A DNA stretch of 64,000 bases from Blasia pusilla (Eukaryota): contig CM114271.1 of the NCBI GenBank assembly GCA_050084515.1, forward strand, positions 7,006,001 to 7,070,000. The letters run 5' to 3'. Every line of letters begins with the position of its first letter. The stretch's first letter is position 1. The notes beneath the pieces are model-generated. The model was not told the origin of the DNA, made no database searches, and saw nothing but the letters and a program-made list of their open reading frames with translations. Below, piece after piece: positions 38,401-51,572 of the stretch. The position numbers and the translations under genes are program-made.

Positions 38401-40268
38401 TCATATGCCATAAATGAATAATATGTTTGAAGTGTAAATTCAGTCCGGTTGGTAGAAAACGTTGACCAAAGCAACACAAAAGGATGCAAAAATTATAGTT
38501 GCTATTCAGACCAAAAGAGCACAAAAGGCTCGAGGATTGGTTTCCCATAAAGGTTAAATATGGATCTCACAAGGTCCACATTACTCACTCAAGTATTGTT
38601 CGAGGCTCACGAGATAATCACTGCATATGAAATAGGAGTTCAAAAAAACCTGAGAGGGATTACAAAGCGAATATTATTGGCCCAAAATGATTGAAGATGT
38701 CGACGCATATATAAAGAGTTGTGTGGTTTTTCAACAATTCAAGGCTAGTAATACTAAACTAGTAGGATTGTCACAACCCATCCAATACCTAAAAAACGTT
38801 AGAAAAAAAAACTCTATGGATATTTTTTTTGAGCTACCATGTACGATCATGAGATGTGACTCTATTATAGTATTTGTGGATAGACTAAGCAATATAATAC
38901 ATCTTTGTTTGACCAAAAAGAGAGTCTCTGCTCCATAGTTTGTTGGGATCTACATCGAGACAATCTTTGTCTATCATGCTTTTTCCTAAAGTGCTTATCA
39001 TTGATAAAGGAATCCATTTCACGAGTTTTTTTTGGAAGGCTTTATTTGGATTGTTCCAAACTGAAGTAGGCATGTCTACAACTTATCACTCTTAACCTGA
39101 TCAATGGACTGAAAGGGCCAACCGTACTATTAATGATATGCTATGGGCCTTGACATTAAAGGATCAACAAGGAAACTCATTGCGACCACTAATATATTTC
39201 TCGTATAACAACTCCATGAACTATTCCGATTAGGCAACACCCTTCTTTTTAATGTATAGAGAGCATCCCTTTATCCCTCATGGTCTTACTGGAATAGGAA
39301 AACTTCATAGGGAATCTATAAAGATAACAGTAGTTAATGAATTTGGAGATCAAATTTAGAAAGGAGTTAAGCTATTACCAAAAAATAAATAAATAAATAT
39401 GTAGATGCTCATCGTTGAGATGTCGAGTTCTTTATAAGGGGAGAAGGTTTGGTTAGCAACAAACCAATTTATCATTAGTAGATATTTGTAAGCTCAGTCC
39501 TCCCTATATTGGGCATTTTATTATCCTATAGTAATTGGACATCGTGATATGTAAGCTAGACCTACAGATGTATATGAAAATTCATCAATTGTTTCATATC
39601 TTTTTTCTTTGACCGTTTATTCTAAGTCCTACAAGATTTGACGATAATATTCGTCCTCCACTACTTCTTAAATTGTAGGAGATCACGAAGAATTTGAAGT
39701 AGAACGTAAGTAACTCGAAGAATACATTCGAGGAGCTCGTGACCAACGAGTCAAATACTTGGTCCCATGGAAATAATATCCATTATTTGAGTTCATATGG
39801 AAGCCCTCATCCAACTTGGCCAATGCACCATTAACAGTGCAAGAATTTGAAAGTTCTCACAACAAGGACCTTGTGTTTTAAATGGGAGAGGTTTGTAACA
39901 ATCCTTTTTTAGTCATAGTTAAGTTGGAGTTTATGACATGTAGCGCATAAATGGGAAAGAAATAGCAATGAATAGGAATAGAAAAGACGAACAACGTGAG
40001 ATAAATATAAGAGTGGAGCCATAGATTGGTGAAAAACTAAGACAAGGATGAGATTGGGAATAGATGTGATAAGATAAGATAGGGATTTTAGAGTCCAAAG
40101 AAGATCCTCTCATGCTATGAGAAAAATGACACGTAGTACAAGGATGGATAGAGATAATTTGTCTTCATTGTACCTATCTCTAAGTATATAAAGGAAGAGA
40201 AGAGGCCTCAAGGGGCATTCTTCCCTTGAGCAACCCTAAAGTGGCCTTATGAGCATACGCGGATATAT
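34998..40268 (+). mobile_element. Heavily decayed chromovirus-type Ty3/Gypsy element
   Basis: LTRs 34998-35408 (TGTAACA...GTTACA, degenerate PBS ATATCAGAGC) and 39894-~40268 (after PPT GGGAGAGG). RT remnant FGITNAP...DDILV (~37530-37640), integrase remnants, chromodomain EEFEVE...KYLVPWK...WKPSSNL (~39685-39830). Confidence 0.85.
35442..35484. repeat. (GA)n microsatellite
   Basis: Read directly from the sequence. Confidence 0.95.
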
Positions 40269-42399
40269 AAATATATTTGGAGATGTGATTATTATGGAGG
40301 AAGGTGATTTGATGCATAGGCAAACTACACCACAGCTTTTGAGTAGTGTGGAGCAACAAATTTTGCACGAATGATGTGCCTCGACTTGGATGCCCACAGG
40401 GTATAGTGCATATTTTCGAACAATCTTCCTTTGTAATTACGCAACGAGTTGGGATAAGGCTTTAGGGTATTTTTTGGAGTGTTGCATGTGCCAATTGAAG
40501 GGCTTTGGTAGAAGTCATGTTCGAGCGGAGAGAATCTAATAAAAAGCCACATATCATGCAAGGCCACTTTCTACACATTCGATTTGTTGTGTCTCCGTTG
40601 TATTTCCCCACCAGTGGATAGTGGATGATGAGGATGGCAATAATGATAACAAGGAGATATCAAGCATATATGGCATGTCAAGCTAAGGTTACATTTTACT
40701 GAGACTCGTCGGTCTCAAGCATATGTTTATTCTTATGAGCAACTTGAACATAATTGAGATGTTAGGTTGGTATGACCAAGAGAGGGATGCCCGAGTGGAG
40801 ATGCATGAGTATGATTTATCGAGTTCATAACTTACATGATTGACAATATTCAACAACATTGCATGGGAGACAACATGGAAATTGCCCTATATTGGACCTA
40901 AAATTATGGAGGGATTCATCTAACCTCTTACCAATGCTTGGTCATTCATATAGTTACAAGGGAGTGGTCGGCATTTTTGGATCAAGGCAAACAATGTTTC
41001 TCGACGTAAGACACCAAAGTATATTTCTTTTTTTACCAAAAGGTGCAATTATCAAAAAAAATAAAAAATATTGTTGTAGGGGATCTCCCATGATTTGTTT
41101 GGAGTGTCAGAGGAGGTATTATTGTTGGTTTTCTTCATATTCTAAGTAATTTCCTTGTGGTGTTGATGGTATTGGATTGTCCTTTAGGGCGCGCCTTGTG
41201 CCCTCCATAAGTGAAGTAGTATTTTTTCATTAATAATCCATCCCTTCACTTGTGGAAGTATCTTGTGACACGTATCCCTAATAGTAAATAGGCTTTGCAA
41301 AAGGTGGATATTGTGTGTCGCAATGTAGAGTGACGGAACATAACATATTGTGTGAATATTACATGTTTTACTATAATCAAACAGATGATTAATGTTTGCA
41401 AATTACTAAGTACCTAACCTAACGCATATTCATATGAAGTTAATTTTATTTCATCATTGATGAATCGATCAAAGTACCTTCATTGCTATGCTTCTTCAAA
41501 GACTGAGTCTATTATCAACTCTCTTGGATGCTTTGAGCGTTGCTTAGCATAGTGCTCCTTGAAGGTCCGAGGCTCTTTGATATTAGGCACATATCCCTTC
41601 CTTTTCAAAATTTTCATGTGCTACTAGATTGAAAGTCTTCCCATCGTGTGCTCACTATCAAGAGCATCCCAATACTTGTAGCTGTAGGGATCCATTAATG
41701 TTTTAGGAGATATAACAACTTGAATTCATACTTCATTTGTTGTACGTATTGGTAAGTACAAGCCTCTCGCCAAAGGAACCAACAAAAATATAACCTCTTG
41801 CACCTCATTGCACTTTCAATCGTCCATATTCCCCTCTTGAATCTTTGAGACATTCCCTATCTCACTTACAACCAAGCACAAAATAAGGACCCACCCCTCT
41901 TGAAAATGCATTTTATAAGGAATAGAATATGTCTTATCATTTGTGACTCCCACCAATCCATTGCAACTCGATTGCAATTCCACTATAAGCTCTTGTAATT
42001 TCAGATTGGGAGTACCAAAACTAAAGCCAAGATTTATGGCTAGATTCTAAATCCAACTTGCAATCACTTTTACGATTTTAAGTCTAATTTGAGTTCTTGT
42101 AGTTGCAATAACAAAATGTTTGTTTGGACTAGAAAAACTAGCCATAACTCATAAATCAAAGTGAAGTCACACAAAGTGATGAACTTGAAAATCAACATCT
42201 TTTGGCCAAAATGGACTTCCAATGGAGTAGTCTTGCCAACTCTATCCCTATAGCTAGTAGTGTCTGTACCGCGTAGAATGTGTGGAATAGCCTATACCTT
42301 TGTGCATTAAACATCAAGTTCACCTAAGTCTAATATACAATCCAAGTACTCAATCATTCTAATCATTGAAGAACTTACACTTACCCAAATTTAGCTTAA

Positions 42400-44150
42400 G
42401 CCCATGTAACAGACTATAATCATCAAAACACTTTCTAATGCTCATGCTCCTGTACTGTGCTATTGAAGATTATGATGTCATCAATGTAATACCTAGCAAA
42501 ATCTAAACCTTCTAAGATGTGACTTATGAAACTAAATAAAGTATGTCGGGGTATTGTTCAACCCAAATAGTGAAAATTCCTCTAGGTACAAAATTTATTC
42601 CATGAGGATCGAAGCCCCAAAATATTTTCTTCTTCATATTTTCCATGTGATAGGCAAGTGATGGTAAGCGACTCTAAGATCTCATAAAGGGAAGACCTTT
42701 GTATGCCTAATAACATCAAATATTCCTCTAAGATAGGCATCGCATCCCTATTGGCCTTTGTATTGGGATTAATTGGTAGGTATTCTTCAAATAGTCGCCT
42801 ATCCATCTAATTTCCTGCACATATTTCTTCGAAGGTATGAGTGTGATAGATGCATGTTCTTTTTGTAGCATCTTCACTAGTTCTATATGAATCAAGTCTT
42901 GAATCTTACTCTAAATCAAATCCCTATCCAATGCATATTACGGTACATGTAGGATGGTTGAAAGATTAGCATCTCACTAGACAAGTCAATATGAATCTTT
43001 AAGGATTCATATTGACTTTGCTAGTGAGACGCTAGTTATACAAACCATGCATACTAAATGCAAAACAACCCCTCAAACTTCAAAGGAACTTGTGCAATCC
43101 ACATCACTCTCCTTTTGTTGACTTTTGTCTCATCTCTCACTCTTAAGTCTCCGTCATAAAAATGGTAAGACTTTCCAATACTAGGGTTGCTGGTTATTAC
43201 GTACACAAACATCTTAGTACCAATGATATTTGAAAACTCGCCAACATCCAACTTAGACATCTCCACTCTTTGCACTCCTTTGTGATCAACGATGTATATC
43301 ATACAAATTAAATTTGTTGTCATCTAGTAGGTCATCTACATCACGTTCCAATTAGTCCATTAAAACCATTGCTTGTCCTCCACAATGTTGAAGAACTGTC
43401 ATAGATAGTTATACACATTCTCCTCATCGCATGACATTCTTCAAGTCTATCCTCCATATGGGCTTACCACGAAGGATCATGCAGTTTGGAGGAGAATGTA
43501 TGATCATGCCAGTCGTTGCAACACATCTTCATTCAAATGGGAAATTATGGATGTTGGTTATTTAAAGATAGAGCAACAAAAATCAAATGTTGACTATGAA
43601 ATATGCTAATAGGTTGAATTCACTACAATTAGAATATATAGAGTAAACACATTACTTAAGCAAATATGATGAATACACTTATATGGTATCACACCAATGT
43701 AAAGATATCATTGAAGTAGCCTCAACAAGCAGAGCAAGTTTAGTCAATCAATATATTTTATAAGATTTAAGTGTTATCCTTGGTTGCTCAACGATTAAAG
43801 GTATTTTACACATCATCCAATTATTGTGGTAAAATACAAATATCCAAAAGAGTGAAGCTATTCTCTTCGAGACTCATAACAGAGTTATGAATATTGTGTG
43901 TAATTGATTGTATGCACGTTGTGTTTCATCTAATTTTTATGGAATTTAGATAAATATAATTAAATTTCATCATTTTACATCACATTTGCATGAGATATGC
44001 TAGTGTTGATACATGCCCAAACTTAAGATAACTCTTGTAGTTTGGTATAATGATAATTAGAGTGGCATGTTTAACAACAACATGCATAGATTTATCTATA
44101 TTCTCTATATCCAGCTCTGCATGCCATCGAGCCCCTCTCTCATCACATAT
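42400..44150 (-). pseudogene. Very old RT/RNase H remnants related to the DNMT-Gypsy family
   Basis: Minus strand GLDFARYYIDDI (~42475-42510), FAFSMH, and DERGARWHAE (cf. DDTGARWHGE). Confidence 0.55.
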
Positions 44151-44967
44151 GATATCCTTAAATACCTTCAAAATATAGGCGAATCAATCTCCCATCGATC
44201 GCACAAGTTGTGCTCCCAATAATTTGCACGAAATCAATACCCCTCTTAATCTCTTAGCAAAAAAATACATGCTCATGCTCACACCTTCCAATTCTTTGGT
44301 ACATTCCAATAAAAAATTCATATTCACGCAACTAGCAATTTCACTTTACAATTGTGTGGACATGTAAAGTGCAAGTGCAAACACGCACAACTAAGCTGCA
44401 AATGAGCTTGCAAACCACTCCATTTTATTTATTTCCGCTCAACTTTCCAAGATTCCTATCCTCACTTTGCAACCATTTTGTTCTTCCAAAGTGAAGCCAA
44501 CTCTAGGATTTTTTTGGGAGGAAGTTTTGTTCATATTGAGAGATTCTAGACGAGTGAAGTTCATTCTATTCCGTGATTTCTTTTAGGGTTGTTCTTGAAA
44601 TGAAGGAGAAAACAAATCCATCCCTAAGAAACAATTGGAAGAAGCCCAATCCTCCCCCCCTAAATAAAAATTTCATAGAGCAAAATGAGTGCAAAAAGAG
44701 GCCAAAGAAAGCAAAAAATGCCTAATGTGGATTTGTAGAAAACCATTACTTTGAGGCTACGTTGCAAGTGAGTTTGTGCAAGTTATTTGCGACTACTTAG
44801 ACTTGCAAGTCATATGTTTTTTGTGAGTGTGAGGCGATTAGGTTGCATTTTCTCTAATTTACAAGTGTATTGAGAGTGTAATACAAAGACACTTTAGAGT
44901 CGCGAAATATTCATAAAACACGACTCAAAATGATTGTCATGCGACTACCATAGTTGCAAATTGCATT

Positions 44968-47900
44968 TGTCGTACGAATACACATCGTTGCCAATATACA
45001 TCGGCTGCCATACACACATATGTCTAAGATCCATCTAGCTATGAATCCTAACATCTCTATACATAGACGATTGAACAACCCCAACATAAAGTTGAATCCG
45101 CACTATAAACTCTAATGAGATGTGCAATCAACCGTGCTTCATCCAAACAACCATATTCGTGAATGAGATACACACTATTGTAACAACATGAGAAAGTGTA
45201 TACAAGGACTCCCAAAATATGTGTGATCTTCCTTATTGATCGCTCCTAGCCCACTCTTCAAGAGAGAATCCAGGCTCAATACATGCAAACTGCATCGTAT
45301 CACGAATCCCAACACGAGTCTGCAATCCTAAGGAGATGAGCTCCAAATGAGCTTCATCCGAGGTGTATCCCACTAGACACCACCATGGGTGACATGTACA
45401 CATAGGTCACCTTCCTCCTAGTAGGTTACTACCAACCTGTAGTGTACACATATATACTAACTCCCTAACAACTACACATGTGGTTCCCTCATGAGACCAA
45501 CTATCAACTAACCAACGACCATATAGGTCCAAGTGGATCCATACATGGCTTGGAAGGTCAACCTCTCCAAGGTTGCCACTCGTCATAAAGGGAAGGATGA
45601 CCTACACTCGTAGGTCATCTCCTAAGAGCAAGCTACATATGACTTATCAAAATAGGAGAGTACAAGACCCCTATAGGGCCTCGATACTATTTCATCCTAT
45701 GCCTCATCTACCATAGCAGATGTCGTGCGAATACACATCGTTGCCAACATTCATCAGGTGTCATGCACACACATGTCTAAGATCCATCTAGCTATGAATC
45801 GTAACATCTTGTGATGCCCACAATTTTATACTTTTGAAGAAATAAATCTTTTTATTCAACAAAGACTTGTATATACATTATGATTTTGATTATTATGTAT
45901 TATTATGGGAAGGAATGAGTAAGATTAAAGAGAATCAAAAAGCTCCAAGGACAAGGCACAGAGATATAAAATCAAGGATTTTCCCAAGAGGAGAGGAGAA
46001 TAAAATAACCAAGTCTAAAGAACCAGCAAGAAGCTTCGGAAGGACAATGAAGATTTGTGAAGCTCTGTTAAGCTCTGTCTATGAAGTGCTTCGCTCTTGA
46101 ACGAAGCATGATGAAGAAGAAGAGAAAGAAGTACTTCGCTCTTGAACGAAAAACGAAGCACCTTGAACAAGAACAAAGAATGGAGCGCTTCGTCTTCAGA
46201 TCATGAGAAAGAGCTTCATCCTCAAGCAAAGAAAAAGAGGTCCAAACTTAGTAGCGAAGCGAAGCTAAGATTGACAATGATTTCAAGTGACACATAGTTA
46301 GAACACTCAGAATAGGAAACGACGTAACTCTTTGTATTAGATAGGTAGCTAAGATAGTTTTGTTTTCTGGATTCACAGGGATTGTAGGAAAAGAAAAGAA
46401 CACCATAGATCTAGGTAGTTACAAATATTGAAGAGACACTAGCTTCATCAAGAATGCTTCGAATCTTTGGATCACTCATACTTCAGAGAATATTTAAGAA
46501 GCAAAGAAGTAGCTATCATCATCATTCTCTTACGAAGTCCTTACGTTATAAGAATGGTCCGAGCAAGGGAGTAGTACCCGCTCGAGCTTGTATATACTTT
46601 TGAAGCTTTCTCATTCTTAATGGAGTAGTAAAGCACTCATTCATTCATTCTGATGTGCGATGCTTATGTATGAGTATTCTTTTTGGGTGTGTAGAGAGAA
46701 GAGTGAATCAGGCGAACCTTTCTTATCAATGGAATAATCAATATAGAGTTGTAGGAATTTTGTTTAACAAAGAGTAGCCTGCCGAGACGGATTGAGTTCC
46801 GAAAGTAGGATAAGCCAGCTTTCATGTAAAGGTCTTTGTGAGGTTTCTTGATATCGAGAGGAAATCTACCTAAGCGTGTTGTCAACTCCACTAGAGAGAA
46901 TAGAGGAAAGAAACCTTGGTACTAAGAAAGATCCAAAGATATTGATAAGACTTTGAATATAAATCACACACATTTAAATACAACTATTACAACATAATTA
47001 TAATTTCAAACTCTTTTTTCATCAAACAATGATCCTCTTGGGGATCGAACTCAGTAAACGATTGTAAAATTGAAACTCTTATACTTTACACATCTCTACA
47101 CATGAAAGACTAGATAACCCCTATGGTCCCCCTAGTTGGTGGTTAGGTCCCTCTAACTCAAGATAGCCTAAAAAATAAGTCTAAATGCTATGTACATTTT
47201 TTATGCTAAGATCATGAGGCTGGATGCTATGTTGCCCTATCGTTAGTCACCTTCATGCAATCCATAATATCAAGAGTCATCTTGTAATCTACCTATCACA
47301 TTATGTACATTTGGGACAAATCCAACGTCCTTGAGCAACCAAGTCAAGAGGTAGCGTCAAACATGACATATGCCATCCTTATAACACCCATCACAGACTA
47401 GCATTATGACTGGTCCTCTGGTAGACCCACACAACATGCATCTCAAGCCTGCAATAACGACTGCTAAGCTCGGATCAATCCTCCCATCTATATTTGGAAG
47501 ATGACATGGCGCACAATTACGCACATGATCTTTCCAAACGGTGCCATCATGACCCTCTAAAACAAGGACTCCATAAGGTAAAATCTCTTGCACTCACAAA
47601 ATAGTGCATTTGGTCATCATGTCCAATATCTTCGGTATTTTCTACTCTAGGTAGACATAATCACCATGATGGAATCGCTGAATCCCTTGTCGATTGCCTC
47701 CTCCACGCGTAGTCGCGTACCTCAAATTATTGCAATATTGAGCGATATCCAACTGGTTCTCAAACGCCATGGGCATGACTCTTCGAAAAAGCTCATCCCA
47801 TTGAGAACACGCTCGCACCCATACGTGTGGATTTTCGAGGTCAAGTAACTCAACCACATCTCCTCAAATCGACGATGATAACTTTGGCTCCCTCCCATAG

Positions 47901-49918
47901 AGCAAGAAATACGGTGAAAATGATGGCAGGGATACCTTTCAACTAAAGTGGTAATCCATCGCCAACCACGGCAACTGTAGGTCCCAATATTCCAAGTGTC
48001 CTCTCTATAGTCCATACTTGCATAATCCTCTCTTCATCGCGTGCACAACTCTCTCTTCCAAACCATCTATCTCACGATGATCTCGAGAAGTCATCCAATG
48101 ATCGATCTATTAGTGCCTGATCACACAAGGCCTGAAAGTCACCCCTAAACTCAGTACCCTGGTCTCTCAACACCTCCTCTAGTGCGCCGAAATGACTAAG
48201 CACTCTATTAAGAATGCATAAACCGCTCCCTCACTCGACCTATCCAACAATGTTACCAACTCAATCCACTTGGAGAAGTGCTCTCCCATGACCAACATGT
48301 ACCGACTATGGCGCCCCGTCAATGGTAAAGGCCTTGCAAAGTCTAAACTCCAACGATACCCTAATCCCATGATCGGTAAAGCATGCAAGTGTGGTGTCGG
48401 AGCATTGAACGATGCCCACACCCTATCACATATAATGCATATGGCTACAAACTGCTAAACATAAGTCTGCATACCATTCCACCAATACAGAATCTGAATC
48501 AAGCTATACGTACCCTTGACTACAAAATTCCCTAACTCCTCGTGAGCATGCATGCCTCACGACTCATGCTCATTGCAAATGATGCGAAACCATCTGCACT
48601 CATCCATCCTCCCAAAATCGAAGCACATGCACCCCCTCTCGCCTGAACCCCATGGCTTGCTGTAGGACTCGATCTCGCTCTCTAGCACCAACTGTGCTCG
48701 CTCAGACATCAGTGCGCAGGTACTCCAAGACCAGCTCATCGTCGTGGATGTCTCCTGTCCTTGTCGACTCATCACTAGCATCTTGATCTGAGGACTTACC
48801 ATCCAACTTCCCTCCTAGAGTGGATGCCTCATACTGACCTGACATAACCAATAGACACAAATAAGCAAATGTGTGCCAACCCGGCACCATCTCCTCATCA
48901 CTCTCACCATGCCACCGCGCTCCAATCGCATCGCTATAGCTCGTGCATGGGTTACGGCTCAACCCGTTTGCATCCTAGTTCAGATGTCCTAGGCGATGGA
49001 CAACCTGAAAATTGTACTCCTGCAACATAAGTGGCCATTTGGCAAGCTTACATGTAAGCTTGTCAGACTCCATCAACCATCTGAGTGGTTGATGAGCGTG
49101 AAAGGATTCTCGAACAAATAACATCTGAAATGGGCCACTACCCACACTGCAACTGAGCACTCCCCCTCATAGGAATTGTACTTTGCCTCCCCAGCGTTGT
49201 TCGAGCGGCTCGCATATGACTATGAACTCCTTCCCCTCATCATCTCTTTGAGTGAGCACCGCTCCTAACACCAACATACTCCAATCCGTATGTAACTGGA
49301 ACGGATGACCATGCATAGGTCTCCTCAAAATGGGCAAGGACATGAACCTATCCTTGAGCTCATGAAATACTCCCTCCTGATCATCTCCCCAAAACTACTC
49401 CTGGTCCAACCTAGTCAGCATTGTCAGTGCCTTGGCAATCGCATCAAAGCCCTTCACGTACCGTCGGTAGTAGTTCACCAATCCCATGAAAGCTCAAACT
49501 CAACCCACATCTGTAGGGCGGGGAATGCGCCCTATGGCCTCCACCTTTGTCTGCTGAACTCCAATACCGCTTGGATGAATGGTGTGTCCAAGGTACTCAA
49601 TCTGGTCATGGAAGAACTTGCACTTGCTTGGATGTAACTTCATCCCTTGTAATTGCAATTGTCGAAACACCTCCTCTAGATGTCTCTCATGCTCCTCAAC
49701 CGTGGCACTGAAGACGATGTAACATCTCGCATAATCCAAACTAGCTAAAATCCTATCCATAACTTGCTGAAAACCCGCAGGGCCGTTCTTCAACCCAAAT
49801 GGTAAGAACCGCCACTAGTACAAAAAATCCTTCCCCAAAGGATCTATCCCCCAAAATGTTAGCTTCTCCTTGTCCTCCACCTGGATGGGCAATTGATGAT
49901 AGCCAGCACGGAGATCCA
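44968..49918 (-). mobile_element. 5'-truncated diverged family member (RT-RH-IN-PHD) with B1-A-B2 end
   Basis: Pol fragments (FGLKNGP, WSLDF, PHD CMLC...CDGC). B2 44968-~45085, A ~45086-45718, B1 45721-~47122 (split by a solo LTR). B1/A junction reads GACA-TC-TG on the minus strand. Confidence 0.85.
45810..47090. mobile_element. Solo LTR (1281 bp) inserted in repeat B1
   Basis: TGTGA...TTACA ends, 5-bp TSD CATCT (45805-45809, 47091-47095); the B1 sequence resumes after it. Confidence 0.85.
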
Positions 49919-51572
49919 AACAACAAAAGATAACTTTCCAAATGGGTCGTGATCCTCATAATTAAATGTGCGCCAATGCAAAACATCATAGCTCTAATCC
50001 GCTCATACTAGAATGGAACCACATCAGAGTTTTAGAAGCGAGGCATAAGTTGTAGACGTGAGACATGAGCCTTGATGGATGTCTCAAATGATAGGATTGT
50101 GACCTAGCACTGTCTTATTTGGGAAGAGCTTAAGCCCCTCAAGAGTTGGGCTCAAATAGGATTGTAATCTCACTTGAAACATGACTAAACGTTTGGGAGT
50201 TCTCTGTGTTTTAGGTCATGCCGACTAGATCCAATTTGCGTTTGGGATGAATAAATTGAGAGTAGAAAGCTCGTAGGAAGCAATTTTCGGCCCAATGCAC
50301 TACATATGCAAAAAGAATGCATGGGCAAATATCTAAAAATCATCCCCAAACTATTGGAATGATAGTTCAATCGAGGTCCATAAGGAACGACCAAAAATCT
50401 CTCCCCTAAGTCTCGAATGACTTGCATGTGTTTGGTAGTAAGAGACCGCAGATAGATATGGTGAACTTGAAGGATGGCCCAAGAACAAGACTTGGAAGAT
50501 GCAAGGCTTATTTACCCAAACCATAGTACATGTGAGTGTGTCTGAGTGCAGTCATAAATCAACTCTCATGCATCAAATGTTGTAGAGTTGTGTAGGAAAG
50601 ATATTGATAGAAGTAATCACGCAAATCCCGTTGGATTAGCAAATAAATTCATTAGAACGATCTCTAATTTTTGCCTCTCCAAATTTACCATCACGTCCAA
50701 AATAGGCATGAAGAAACCCCTATGGTTATTATATATGAAAATATAGTTTTTACTAGTGGTTACATGTGCAAATAATCATTGGATATAAAGTGAAGGGAAA
50801 CTATTTTGGTGCAACAAACACATGAATGGTCATCATATATGGACTTTAAGATAAAAGCGAAGAAAGCTACTATATACTCGTGTGTATAGCTCACCATCAC
50901 TTCTTGTACCAGCTCAATACCTCTTGAGAATCTATGTGATCATGAGAATCCTTGTAGAATATAAGTTTTACTTCTAGTCGTGTTTTGACCAATTGACCAA
51001 ATGTCTTGAGCCGCTTATTTAATGAACTTATCCTTCAATGTAAGTATTGTTTGATTTCTCCATGATCCTTTTCCCCTTCTTACCAATTTTACGTCTATCT
51101 ACATCTAGTTTTGTTTGAAAAAATATTTAAAATAAATCTTCCAATAAAGCGTCAATAAATTACCCATGCATTTGTTGATTTTTCCCATCAAGCATGTCAT
51201 GATTGACACTAAATCATCACCACATTTCTCTTTGCAATCCCTTACCCATCAATCAAATGATTGGCATTGATTTATCATCGCATTTATTTTTTGTATTCCT
51301 TACCCATCAATCAAACTTTAAATGCTCCTCTCTATAGCAATCTGTTTGGGAAATTGAGAGGCCTTCCCTTTTCAATTCTTTTTCACATTTGATTCACTTC
51401 AAGATTATTACGAAATTTGTTATAGATTTCATGATTTTATTTCCCCCCATTTAAATCATACAACAATGCATTATTCTATAAATTGATGCTAAAATTTCTA
51501 TAAGTATTAAGAATAGCATGCCTTATCTTTAAATATAAAATAAGATCTATAAAGGGGACCTTCTAATGGGAT

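Noticed and set aside
44700-44965. TTGCAAGT/GCGACTA motif cluster as DNA-transposon subterminal repeats
   Set aside because: No TIR pair or transposase identified.
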